Notes under the pieces: model-generated
Told to the model about the DNA's origin: nothing
Seen by the model: the letters and a program-made list of their open reading frames with translations, nothing else
The model's database searches: none
Virus record (IMG/VR): IMGVR_UViG_3300042377_000625
Coordinates: 1-64,000 of that record
Strand: one strand, 5' to 3'
DNA length: 64,000 nucleotides
DNA from: a virus
Translations under genes and position numbers: made by a program
In this document: positions 47,705 through 56,849 of the stretch, piece by piece
Layout: each line of letters starts with the position of its first letter
Position numbering within the stretch: position 1 is the stretch's first letter

Positions 47705-48240
47705 TCTAAACTGTATAAATTATTTTCTCTATTTTTTATGACCTTAGATGGTATACCAACAACAATTTTAGACTTTTCAACATCTTTAGTCACTAATGAT
47801 AACGAACCAACAGAACTATGGTCATCAATATTAACATTTGGTAATATCACACTCCCCGCACCAACAATAACGTGTTTACCTAACCTAACATCACCTGATA
47901 TAACATTAGTGTATTCTTTACTTACTGTTGGATTTGTTAAAAAATTACCACTATAATCATCAGTTGAACTGTATATTGATACTCTTGATGATAATCCTGA
48001 AAAATCGTCAAGTGTTATTTTACCGTTCCCGATTAAACTACAAAAAACGGCAATGTGAACATAGTTACCTATTTTAATTCCACCTTCACCAGCGCTAATC
48101 ACACAAAAATCATCAATTCTAACATTGTTACCTATCGATATGTTCCGTGGATTGTAAATTGAACATTTGTTTGAAATCAAAACATTTTCCCCAATTGATT
48201 TAAATCCAATTAATTTTAATTCTTCTTTAGTATAAAACAT
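47683..48240 (-). CDS. left-handed beta-helix sugar N-acyltransferase (AntD/VioB-like)
   Basis: MFYTKEELKLIGFKSIGENVLIS...IGNNVRIDDFC...DDYSG...KHVIVGAGSVILPNV closely follows the AntD pattern (recalled). Confidence 0.8.
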   Translation of the reverse strand: MFYTKEELKLIGFKSIGENVLISNKCSIYNPRNISIGNNVRIDDFCVISAGEGGIKIGNYVHIAVFCSLIGNGKITLDDFSGLSSRVSIYSSTDDYSGNFLTNPTVSKEYTNVISGDVRLGKHVIVGAGSVILPNVNIDDHSSVGSLSLVTKDVEKSKIVVGIPSKVIKNRENNLYSLECEFLKK

Positions 48241-48247
48241 AGTTATT

Positions 48248-48319
48248 TTAATTAATTTTTATAGACAGTAAAGAAAGATTATTACTCACTTTCCTTCCAA
48301 ACTCACCTGTACCTATTCT
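48248..48319 (-). pseudogene. possible remnant of a PglD/NeuD-like N-terminus
   Basis: Start-less frame RIGTGEFGRKVSNN...* resembles IGAGGFGREV. Confidence 0.25.
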
Positions 48320-48327
48320 CGATTTTT

Positions 48328-48945
48328 TTATTTTATTTTTTTAATTATTTTACGGTAATTTGAATGTAATTCGGTAATATAGTCAGAAAAGGTTAACATA
48401 AAATAGTCTACAGATTCTTTCGGTCTTAAGTTTGTTGGCCGACTCATTTCCCATAAGTAATCGTCAAAAATAATAATACCATTATCATTTAATAATTCCC
48501 ATGACATAATCGCATCCATCATAACATATGGTGCGGTATGATTACCGTCAATAAAAATTATATCGTACATTTTTCCTTCAGTAATTAAAAATGGTAAGAC
48601 TTTATTTGAAAGACCTTCCCTAACGATTACCTTATTGGCGTTTGTACTTTCATTAATATTATGTAAAAACATTTCTTTAGTTTTTCTTTCACTTAATAAC
48701 CATTCAGCGTTATCTTTAAAGTAAGAATTTAAACTATTATTATCTTGACTAAAATTAGTCCATGGGTCGACACAAGTTATCGTTGATTTGTCGTTTTGTA
48801 AAATATTATCTAAAAACCAAATAGTGGATTTACCCTCAAAACAACCTATCTCAAGGATATGAATTTCTTTTGTTGGGTCTAAATTATTTAATACGGATAA
48901 CCCATCGTTGGTAAACCATTCTTCTGTAAATTTGTAATTTTTCAT
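48328..48945 (-). CDS. class I SAM-dependent methyltransferase (Methyltransf_24-like)
   Basis: LEIGCFEGKS, CVDPW, DIIFIDGNH and GIIIFDDY. Confidence 0.88.
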   Translation of the reverse strand: MKNYKFTEEWFTNDGLSVLNNLDPTKEIHILEIGCFEGKSTIWFLDNILQNDKSTITCVDPWTNFSQDNNSLNSYFKDNAEWLLSERKTKEMFLHNINESTNANKVIVREGLSNKVLPFLITEGKMYDIIFIDGNHTAPYVMMDAIMSWELLNDNGIIIFDDYLWEMSRPTNLRPKESVDYFMLTFSDYITELHSNYRKIIKKIK

Positions 48946-49571
48946 TGTTGATATATTTTAAAATTTGATAAATCTGGATAAGGTAATTCTAAATCCTCAT
49001 TATGTTTTGGAGTCCCATCCATATTATAGAACTGATTCATTAATAAATAACCTCTCGCGGCTAATTCGGGCATCATATAAAAATTCCAACCTAACATATC
49101 AAAATGGTCGTCATGGTATGAACATTCTCTTCTCCCACTATATCTTGCTCGTTTGAACCAAAGATACGCATCATAGTCGTCTGTTAAAATTGCACCACCC
49201 TTAGACAGTTTAAAGTGTTTGTATGGTCCTGTGAATGAGATACACATATGAGTGTTAGGTATGTACATATTACTAGTAAACCTAAGTGCCGAATCCCAAA
49301 CTTTTGTTGGGGACAACTGGTACGCACCTTTTATAGTTTTACCCTCAACAGGGGTAAATTTAACCTTACCTCCCGCATGAATAATCTCACATGGTACCGA
49401 TGGGTATGTTCTGGATGGAATCTCAATTTCCATACCTTTAATATTCTCATACATTAGTGATAAGAATAATGCGTTACTTTGATTATCCACTGTTACAACG
49501 TACTTCGCACCTGTATATTCGGATAGTTTAGTTTCAAAATTTTCTGTTATTTGGTAAATTCCTTGTGCCAT
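48942..49571 (-). CDS. short DegT/DnrJ/EryC1/StrS sugar aminotransferase
   Basis: FETKLSEYTGAKY, WDSA, SFTGPYKH (PLP lysine), GGAILTDD and GWNFYM; only 209 aa. Confidence 0.8.
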   Translation of the reverse strand: MAQGIYQITENFETKLSEYTGAKYVVTVDNQSNALFLSLMYENIKGMEIEIPSRTYPSVPCEIIHAGGKVKFTPVEGKTIKGAYQLSPTKVWDSALRFTSNMYIPNTHMCISFTGPYKHFKLSKGGAILTDDYDAYLWFKRARYSGRRECSYHDDHFDMLGWNFYMMPELAARGYLLMNQFYNMDGTPKHNEDLELPYPDLSNFKIYQQ

Positions 49572-51070
49572 TAGTTTAATTTAAATATAAAAGGTTTAAT
49601 ATTGTTTTCGTTTTTAATCATAAAAGGATAAAAAGTGTTAATGTAATCTTGACGGTAATTATCATCATTATCTCCTCTGGTTTGACTCTCATAGTGATAA
49701 GCAACTAAATTACCGTCATAATAATTATTTAGACCTAATGAAAGACATTTGATGTTTAATTCCGCATCCTCTAAACAAGTTTGATAATTTTCGTTAAAAT
49801 AACCACACTTTTCAAATATGGTTTTATTAATCATTAATAGAGCTGCAGTAGACCCCAATACTTTTTTTATTGATGGTGTATAAGTATAATATCCTTTTAA
49901 TCCCGAATGTGTTAATTGTATTATATTGTTATGAATATAAATTACCATACCATCATGTTGTACGGTATTATCTAAATAATGTAGACGACAACCGACAGTA
50001 CCAACTTTTGGAGTTGTTTTGAATATTTTTAACATACCATAAATAACGTTGTTTAATAATTTAATATCATTATTACAAAATAACAAATATTCGTGAGTGT
50101 TATTTAGATGGTTTTTAACCACATCATTATTAATTTTTGCAAAATTATAATAATCATATTCAATTAATTTAATATTATTATAATCAGAAATAAATGATTT
50201 AAGTTTTTCTTTATTTTCATCAGTTGACCCAGTGTCGGCGATAAAAATGTCAAATAAATTAGGGTTACAATGTTCGTAAAAAGATAGAATACATTCACTT
50301 ATTAATTCGAACTTATCTTTTGTTGGTATAATTACCGAAACTTTACCAATATTTTTAGTTGGTTTTTCGTTTATTTTAGGAACGTAAATACTGTTTGGTT
50401 TTAAGTCTAATGGCAATTTAGACGAGAACTTCTCTAAAAATTTAGTTTTACTTTCAAAAAATTCCTCATTTGGTCGTCCAACTGATTGGTGGGTAATATC
50501 AAAAGAAAATGTAACCCCAATTTTTACCCCGTCTAAATAATTACTTAAACAGAATGGGTGGTCATAAAAATGAAACTTACCAATAGTCTCATTAAAATTA
50601 TGTTTTATTTTTGTTTTATCGAATGAAATGAATAAACCATCAATAGTCACTACTGGTGTTAATTCATCTAATTTTGCGGAATACTTATTAACCCATTTTT
50701 TACGACCCTCAGGTTGGTGATATACATGACCAACCATTGTTTGAGCCATTCGTTCCCAATAGACTCCTGATTCAGGAAAATATGTTGACCCTGCCTTCCC
50801 AATGATTCCGTAATCAGGGTTATTTTCGAAATCTTTAAATAATTTCTTACCCCAATTATTTTCTAATTTGATGTCGTTATGACAACAAACCACAATATCA
50901 TAAATTGATTGTGATATACCTTTGTTATATACCTCAGCCAAACTGTATTGATTATTGTTCTGAAACTCTAAAATCTGAACATGTTTTAATCCAACAGTTT
51001 GTAACAAATGTTGTTTAAATTTGTTATTATAAGTTTCGTCTTTATGGGTTGAATAAATTATTGTTATCAT
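49571..51070 (-). CDS. two-domain GT2 glycosyltransferase
   Basis: Two GT-A domains (CCHNDI...IDGLF...FHFYD; VSVIIPTKD...FCNNDI...EDAEL...HYESQTRG). Confidence 0.85.
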   Translation of the reverse strand: MITIIYSTHKDETYNNKFKQHLLQTVGLKHVQILEFQNNNQYSLAEVYNKGISQSIYDIVVCCHNDIKLENNWGKKLFKDFENNPDYGIIGKAGSTYFPESGVYWERMAQTMVGHVYHQPEGRKKWVNKYSAKLDELTPVVTIDGLFISFDKTKIKHNFNETIGKFHFYDHPFCLSNYLDGVKIGVTFSFDITHQSVGRPNEEFFESKTKFLEKFSSKLPLDLKPNSIYVPKINEKPTKNIGKVSVIIPTKDKFELISECILSFYEHCNPNLFDIFIADTGSTDENKEKLKSFISDYNNIKLIEYDYYNFAKINNDVVKNHLNNTHEYLLFCNNDIKLLNNVIYGMLKIFKTTPKVGTVGCRLHYLDNTVQHDGMVIYIHNNIIQLTHSGLKGYYTYTPSIKKVLGSTAALLMINKTIFEKCGYFNENYQTCLEDAELNIKCLSLGLNNYYDGNLVAYHYESQTRGDNDDNYRQDYINTFYPFMIKNENNIKPFIFKLN

Positions 51071-51071
51071 A

Positions 51072-51674
51072 TTAAATTCCTGTTGAACCGAATCCGTTAC
51101 TATTACGGTCTTTTTTTGTTACTTCATTTCTCTCATCCAAATAAACCCAACCACCATTAACTACGGGACATAAAACTGCTTGAGCAACTTTCATACCTTT
51201 AGTAATTGTAAAAGGTTCTTTATTTGTATTAAATATAATTACTTTTACTTCACCTGTATATCCATTATCTACCGTTCCTGGAGAGTTTAAACACATTAAA
51301 CCTTGATTAATGGCTAACCCACTTTTAGACCTAACTTGAATTTCATATCCATCTTTAATGTCAAATGATAATCCTGTCGGAACTAAACCTCTACCAAGTC
51401 CCTCAATTGTAATATCTTCAACTGAGTATAAATCAAATCCAGAATCACTTGGGTAGTTATAACTTGGGGTTACGGCATCAAGATGTAGTTTATTAAAACC
51501 TAATTCTAACTGAGCTTTATAGTTTTTCATATCAACTTCTAATTGTTTAACATCAACACCAAACTCCTCAAGGATTTGATTATAATCAATATCATTGTTT
51601 TCTGACATTGATAGTATTGATTTTAGCTCTTCGGCTTTTTTCTTTAAAAAATCTAAATCTATTTCTTCTGACAT
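51072..51674 (-). CDS. dut: dUTPase
   Basis: SGFDL, RSKSGLA, GTVDNGYTGE, AQAV and RNSNGFGSTG. Confidence 0.95.
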   Translation of the reverse strand: MSEEIDLDFLKKKAEELKSILSMSENNDIDYNQILEEFGVDVKQLEVDMKNYKAQLELGFNKLHLDAVTPSYNYPSDSGFDLYSVEDITIEGLGRGLVPTGLSFDIKDGYEIQVRSKSGLAINQGLMCLNSPGTVDNGYTGEVKVIIFNTNKEPFTITKGMKVAQAVLCPVVNGGWVYLDERNEVTKKDRNSNGFGSTGI

Positions 51675-52393
51675 TATTTAAGTTCTTTTAATTTTTTTAT
51701 CACCTCAATTAATACGTTAACGTCTCGTTCACAGTATTCTGAGATTTCTTTTAATTTACCATGGTTCCAATATGAATTATGTACTTTATCTCCTGTGATT
51801 TCACCTTCTTTTGGTGATGGAATCTCCATTGAGGTACACATTAAATCTAATGAACCAATCGCCGTATAAGCACCATATTGCCAAATTTCTTTAGTGTCGA
51901 TGGCTTTAATTTCCCATGGTTTTGTATCGTATGACGGTAAAATTGATGGTGGAAGTAATCCATTAATAATCATTCTTTTAGCCATCATTGGAATATCAAA
52001 ATTCTTTAGATTATGCCCACACAGAAAGAAATCCAATCTTCCACAACGGTCCAATAATTTCTGACAATCACGTAATAATTGTTCCTCATCATCACCAGAA
52101 AACGTTTGTTTTTTAACTTCACCATTATCCATAACAAAGGCAACACTAACACATACAATCTTTGCAAATTCGGGTACCAGCGCGGTTCTTGTTGAGAATA
52201 TAATATTTTTTCTTTCATCTTCGTTTTCCCCTTTAATTGCGTCTTCAGGGAATCGTTTTAAAAACCAATCGAAATACTTATCGAATTGATGTGCAATTTC
52301 AGGACGTTTTTCAACACAAGTATCGAAGTCTTTTTCAATCCCAACTGTTTCTATATCAAGAAACAAAATTTTAGTAATAGGTATTTTAATCAT
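51674..52393 (-). CDS. DnaQ/PolB-like 3'-5' exonuclease
   Basis: FLDIET, GHNLKNFDIP and EYCERDV (DEDD). Confidence 0.85.
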   Translation of the reverse strand: MIKIPITKILFLDIETVGIEKDFDTCVEKRPEIAHQFDKYFDWFLKRFPEDAIKGENEDERKNIIFSTRTALVPEFAKIVCVSVAFVMDNGEVKKQTFSGDDEEQLLRDCQKLLDRCGRLDFFLCGHNLKNFDIPMMAKRMIINGLLPPSILPSYDTKPWEIKAIDTKEIWQYGAYTAIGSLDLMCTSMEIPSPKEGEITGDKVHNSYWNHGKLKEISEYCERDVNVLIEVIKKLKELK

Positions 52394-52844
52394 TTGTCTC
52401 TAAATTTTTTAAAATTTCAGGGTTTTGTTTCAATGTTTGTATTGTGATTAAATCTTTGATTTTAGTTGTTGACCAATTGTGAGACCTTGTGGTGTAAACT
52501 ACCTCAATTGGTAGATGGTCTCCAGTAAACCTCTTACCAATATAATCGTCACCTAAAATTCTAACATCAGGTTTATAAAACTCAATAAGTTTTATTAAAT
52601 CCTCTTCAGTTTGATATGTCACAACTTCATCAACATACTTTATTGACATTAAAGTTTTATATCTTTCATATAATGGAACGACTGGTTTATACTTTGTAAA
52701 TCTTGTCTCAGACGGGTCTCTTTGTAAAAAGACCATAAAGTAATCACACTTTTCTTTTGCCGCTTCAAAAGTGTAAATATAACCTGGGTGTAATAAATCA
52801 AAATTACCTGCGGTGAACCCAACTTTACCTTTTTTATTATACAT
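52386..52844 (-). CDS. cytidylyltransferase (TagD/RfaE-like)
   Basis: GNFDLLHPGY, ERY..L.SIKYVDEV, GDDY and STTKIK. Confidence 0.85.
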   Translation of the reverse strand: MYNKKGKVGFTAGNFDLLHPGYIYTFEAAKEKCDYFMVFLQRDPSETRFTKYKPVVPLYERYKTLMSIKYVDEVVTYQTEEDLIKLIEFYKPDVRILGDDYIGKRFTGDHLPIEVVYTTRSHNWSTTKIKDLITIQTLKQNPEILKNLETND

Positions 52845-52845
52845 A

Positions 52846-54066
52846 TTATTTAATTAATGATTTATAAAATTCTGCTCTATTTTTTGTTACGGTATTTAAA
52901 TCGTATTTGTCTTTAACCGTTTCATATAATCTTTCTCCCATATCTGTAATCAAATTAGGGTTTTGAACTAACTTTTTGATGTGTTTCGACCAATCACTAT
53001 GATTTCTTTGCTCACCGACTAATAAAGCATTACCATCAACAAAGTTACCATTCTTCATACAATGTTTCAAGTCGATTGTATATGGACCTATTTCAGACGC
53101 GATTAACGCTTTCTTATAAAATCCTGCTTCAATAACTTTTAACTGAGATTTCATTCTATTAAAGACGTGATTTTTGATTGGAGCTAATGAAATATCAAAT
53201 TTAGAATAATTCATTGCATATGTGGTAACAGGTTTTGTCCAAACTCTAAGATAAGGTAATTCTTTATTTGAAACATAATCTTGTTCTTTATATTCCATTA
53301 AGAATTTTTTATAATCCTCATCAACTAAATTATAATTGTTTGTAAAAATCTCTTCATATTTTGCCCACACAGTTTCGTGAGGTAAAATGTCTCTACGTTT
53401 TTGTTCCCCCGTTTGTGGATTAATCTCAGTAACAGTACCACGAGTATCAAACCCACAAATAACATATTGAATTTTGTCATTAATGTCCTTACCATTTCTT
53501 TGAGTGAACCCTTGTAGTAACATTAAATCATGTAAGTGAGATGAGCCACCTAACCACCCAACTCTAATTCTATCTGATTCAACGGTTGGTTGATTGAATT
53601 GAGGTTCTTTTGGGTTAATTGCATTGGGGAATACAACAACATTTTTATTAAACCTTCTAATTTCATTTGCAAAAATATCTGTTGTTGTTGTAACATAATC
53701 AGCTTCTTTTAAGTTTGCAACAATTTTTTCGTTAATTTTTTGTTGAACAATTATTTGATGAATAGGATGTTCTTTTGTTGGTAACCAATAATCATCAATG
53801 TCAACAATAACGATAATTCCTAGTGATTTTAACTTTCTAATGATTAGTGGAGTATTGTCGTAATTACTACCAATATTTCTATGTACGTGAACGATTTGAT
53901 ATTTTTTCCAATAATTTGGGTCATTGATTTTTGGTTCGTAGTCAATGTCTAAATGGAAGTCGTCAGGATATAAATTTTGTAAATGTACGTGAGGGTCGAT
54001 AGAACGAAATTTCCCAACACCACTTTTATCACTTGGTAGTACTAAAACATTAATTTTTTCTTTCAT
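52846..54066 (-). CDS. glycosyltransferase (GT-B)
   Basis: DIDDYW, RVGWLGGSSH..DL and DISLAPI...FNRMKSQLKVIEAG. Confidence 0.8.
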   Translation of the reverse strand: MKEKINVLVLPSDKSGVGKFRSIDPHVHLQNLYPDDFHLDIDYEPKINDPNYWKKYQIVHVHRNIGSNYDNTPLIIRKLKSLGIIVIVDIDDYWLPTKEHPIHQIIVQQKINEKIVANLKEADYVTTTTDIFANEIRRFNKNVVVFPNAINPKEPQFNQPTVESDRIRVGWLGGSSHLHDLMLLQGFTQRNGKDINDKIQYVICGFDTRGTVTEINPQTGEQKRRDILPHETVWAKYEEIFTNNYNLVDEDYKKFLMEYKEQDYVSNKELPYLRVWTKPVTTYAMNYSKFDISLAPIKNHVFNRMKSQLKVIEAGFYKKALIASEIGPYTIDLKHCMKNGNFVDGNALLVGEQRNHSDWSKHIKKLVQNPNLITDMGERLYETVKDKYDLNTVTKNRAEFYKSLIK

Positions 54067-54178
54067 AATATAAAATTGTCTTAGAAAATATAATAAGAAA
54101 ATAATAGAATATCAACCTTATAAAATAAAAAACCCCCACATAGTTATGAGGGGGGTTTTCTTTAGAGTAAACTTGTTT

Positions 54179-54763
54179 TTAAGATATTTTTTTTATCTTA
54201 GTAACCTTACCTTCAAATATATGCTTACCTACCTTAAAAGAAAATACTTCATTTGATTTTTGGGTTGATTCGGCGATTAATCCATTTTCTAATAAAACCT
54301 CTTCAACAACTTCTCTTAACAATTCTTTTAAACTTGACAAATCTTGAGTCGGTATTGATTGTTCGGTAACTCTTTTTGGTTGAGGTCCTCTTGGAGTTCC
54401 TTTAGCGTCAACATTCATCAATCTTGCGGCTTTATCAATCAAATCATTAGATAATGAAGGTCCTGCCATTGAGTTTGGTTGATTGATTGGATGTTCTATC
54501 ATTAACCTTTTAATCTCATCAGGTAATTTAGATGACATAACCCTATCTTTGGTTATTGGTTGTTGTGTTGAAGGAACTGATTGAGTTACAGATTCCTGCA
54601 TAAATTCTTGTGGTAAGTTATACTTGGCTTGTGGGGCTTCGTAATCCTGAACCATTGGACTTGTCATATTTAAATTATTACCCGCTCTTGGGGTATTATT
54701 ATGTTTATCCATAATAGCCTTAGATACCATTAATTTTTGTATTAAGTCGTTTTCGTTTGTCAT
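54179..54763 (-). CDS. hypothetical protein
   Basis: 194 aa. Confidence 0.7.
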   Translation of the reverse strand: MTNENDLIQKLMVSKAIMDKHNNTPRAGNNLNMTSPMVQDYEAPQAKYNLPQEFMQESVTQSVPSTQQPITKDRVMSSKLPDEIKRLMIEHPINQPNSMAGPSLSNDLIDKAARLMNVDAKGTPRGPQPKRVTEQSIPTQDLSSLKELLREVVEEVLLENGLIAESTQKSNEVFSFKVGKHIFEGKVTKIKKIS

Positions 54764-54770
54764 ATCTTAA

Positions 54771-55205
54771 TTATTGTATTGGTTCCGTTGGTTCCGTTGG
54801 TTCCGTTGGTTCCGTTGGTTGTTGATTAAACACTGCGTTAATAATAACTCTATTCATACTTTTGTCCCCTGATGGATTATATCCTGGTTTAGATGAATCA
54901 AAATTTTCTCCCGTTGGTTTAAATGATAATATTTTATCAACTCTGAATAATCTCCACCCAGGTAAAGGTTGTTCGCCTTTATACGCGGTATGAGAAGACC
55001 CTTCATTATCCCAAGCTCTTAAAACAGGATTATCTGACTTACTATACCCAAGACAAACAGGTTCGATTTCTCTTAACCCTCTACCACCTGGCTCATCACC
55101 ATCATAGTAAATTACTATCTTATTTCTTTTTTTTATAGCATCAACGATTGAGTCAATCGACGCTACTTCTAAAATAAGAGATTTAACTGTGTTGTAAAGT
55201 TTCAT
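54771..55205 (-). CDS. stand-alone WYL-domain protein
   Basis: AIK.R..I.IYY...REIEP...LRAW...WRLFRVDKI; C-terminal (PTE)n repeat. Confidence 0.75.
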   Translation of the reverse strand: MKLYNTVKSLILEVASIDSIVDAIKKRNKIVIYYDGDEPGGRGLREIEPVCLGYSKSDNPVLRAWDNEGSSHTAYKGEQPLPGWRLFRVDKILSFKPTGENFDSSKPGYNPSGDKSMNRVIINAVFNQQPTEPTEPTEPTEPIQ

Positions 55206-55498
55206 TATGCACTTGGTGTAGTATACGGTGAGTTGGGTTTAAATTCATTAATAACTACCTCGGCCTTTCTCTCTAAAATGTCTTGGATTGCTCCCGCACC
55301 TTGATTATAAACATCTAAAAATCCTCCAGTACCTTTACCTTGAGCATCTCCATCGGCAATAGCGTCAGGATTAACCGCAGAATATTGGTTTGTTGGTTTA
55401 TAATCATTCTTTGGGAATAATTTTGCTCTCTCCATCTCAGCAATTGATGATAAATCATTTTTAGGTTGCTCGAAACTAATTGGTTCTGTTGTTGGCAT
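55205..55498 (-). CDS. hypothetical protein
   Basis: 97 aa; translationally coupled. Confidence 0.7.
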   Translation of the reverse strand: MPTTEPISFEQPKNDLSSIAEMERAKLFPKNDYKPTNQYSAVNPDAIADGDAQGKGTGGFLDVYNQGAGAIQDILERKAEVVINEFKPNSPYTTPSA

Positions 55499-55499
55499 A

Positions 55500-55970
55500 T
55501 TATATTATTTTTTTAATTAAATCGTTTATTCTAGTTAAATTTTCCATGATAGCAGTGTCATATTTATCAACGGTTGATTTGTGACTTTTACTAGGTCTAT
55601 TAATCGTTGTCATGTCATTCTTCTCATGTGGCTGAATAAATTGATTAGGTAAAACCTCAGATTTATTCTTTTTAGTATTGTGTACATTATCTCTCATTGA
55701 AGTTAAGGTGTTGTGAACCCAATTTTTAACATAATGACCCCCATTTAAAATATAAGATAAATCATTTTCGTCACCCTCAAACTTATCAAACCAATTTTTC
55801 ATTCGTTTTAATTGTTGATATGTAACTTCACGACTATCTCTTAGTTCTTTGTTTCTCTTATAACCCTCAACACTTTCGTCAGCACCTCCCGCGGCATCAT
55901 GACACTGTTGTAAATAACTTACAACCTCCTCAGGTAGAGAAAATTTATTTCCATATAAATCTTTATTCAT
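55500..55970 (-). CDS. hypothetical protein
   Basis: 156 aa; C-terminal MENLTRINDLIKKII. Confidence 0.7.
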   Translation of the reverse strand: MNKDLYGNKFSLPEEVVSYLQQCHDAAGGADESVEGYKRNKELRDSREVTYQQLKRMKNWFDKFEGDENDLSYILNGGHYVKNWVHNTLTSMRDNVHNTKKNKSEVLPNQFIQPHEKNDMTTINRPSKSHKSTVDKYDTAIMENLTRINDLIKKII

Positions 55971-56799
55971 TTGATTTTAATATGTTAATTAATTTAGAAA
56001 TACTGATACCTTCTTTATCTGCTAATTTTTTAATTGATTGTAAATTTTTAACTAATATCTTACTAACGCTTTCATCACGTTTTACAACGTCTGAACTATC
56101 TTTAGATTTCTTAGTTAAGATGTCCTCAACCATTTTAATCATTTTTTCTTTTTGTTGTTCTTCAATACTATCTTTTTCAGAAAGTCTTTGTTTTAATTTA
56201 CCACCAACTTTCTTAGCTTTGGGTAATTTACCAAATTCTTTTGCTCTTTGTACGGGATTCTCAACACCCATCTTTTTTAATATATTTATAGTTTCTTTAA
56301 AATCTTTTCCTTCAGTCTCAACATATCCAAAGGCTTCTGAATAGTCAACTTCTGACACAATATTTTCTTTTTCTTCTTCACTCTCACCATAATAAACACG
56401 GTAACCTCTTGTTACAGGGTCATTTGTTGTTCTAGCCATAACAACAGTTTGGTCCATTGTTTTTCTTGGGGAAAGGGTTAAATTTATCAAAGGAATTCTT
56501 GAACTTAACATAGTTCCGTCAGAATCAACTAACTCACCAATCTCACCCGAAGATTTTTTTACACCTTTTAATTTATCCTCAATATCAATTGTTGTTTGTT
56601 TTTCTTTTGATTTTAAAATATTATTTACAACATCTTTAACTTTTTTCGAATCTTTTTTATCGAAGTCCATTTTTTTGTCTTTTTTTCTAGATTCGGTTAA
56701 AGTGTCAGCAATAGAATAGTATAAGGAGATTTGGTCTCCTCTATCTTTTAAAAAGAAGTAATAATTATTACTGTAGTATTCTTTGTTAAAATTTATCAT
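55963..56799 (-). CDS. hypothetical protein
   Basis: 278 aa; late motif at 56813-56819. Confidence 0.7.
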   Translation of the reverse strand: MINFNKEYYSNNYYFFLKDRGDQISLYYSIADTLTESRKKDKKMDFDKKDSKKVKDVVNNILKSKEKQTTIDIEDKLKGVKKSSGEIGELVDSDGTMLSSRIPLINLTLSPRKTMDQTVVMARTTNDPVTRGYRVYYGESEEEKENIVSEVDYSEAFGYVETEGKDFKETINILKKMGVENPVQRAKEFGKLPKAKKVGGKLKQRLSEKDSIEEQQKEKMIKMVEDILTKKSKDSSDVVKRDESVSKILVKNLQSIKKLADKEGISISKLINILKSNE

Positions 56800-56812
56800 A
56801 ACACATTTTCCA

Positions 56813-56839
56813 ATAAATACTTCGATTTAGAGTATTTAT
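56813..56839. promoter_or_regulatory. divergent pair of TATTTAT late-promoter motifs
   Basis: ATAAATAC...GTATTTAT between divergent genes. Confidence 0.6.
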
Positions 56840-56849
56840 CATAAAAAAG

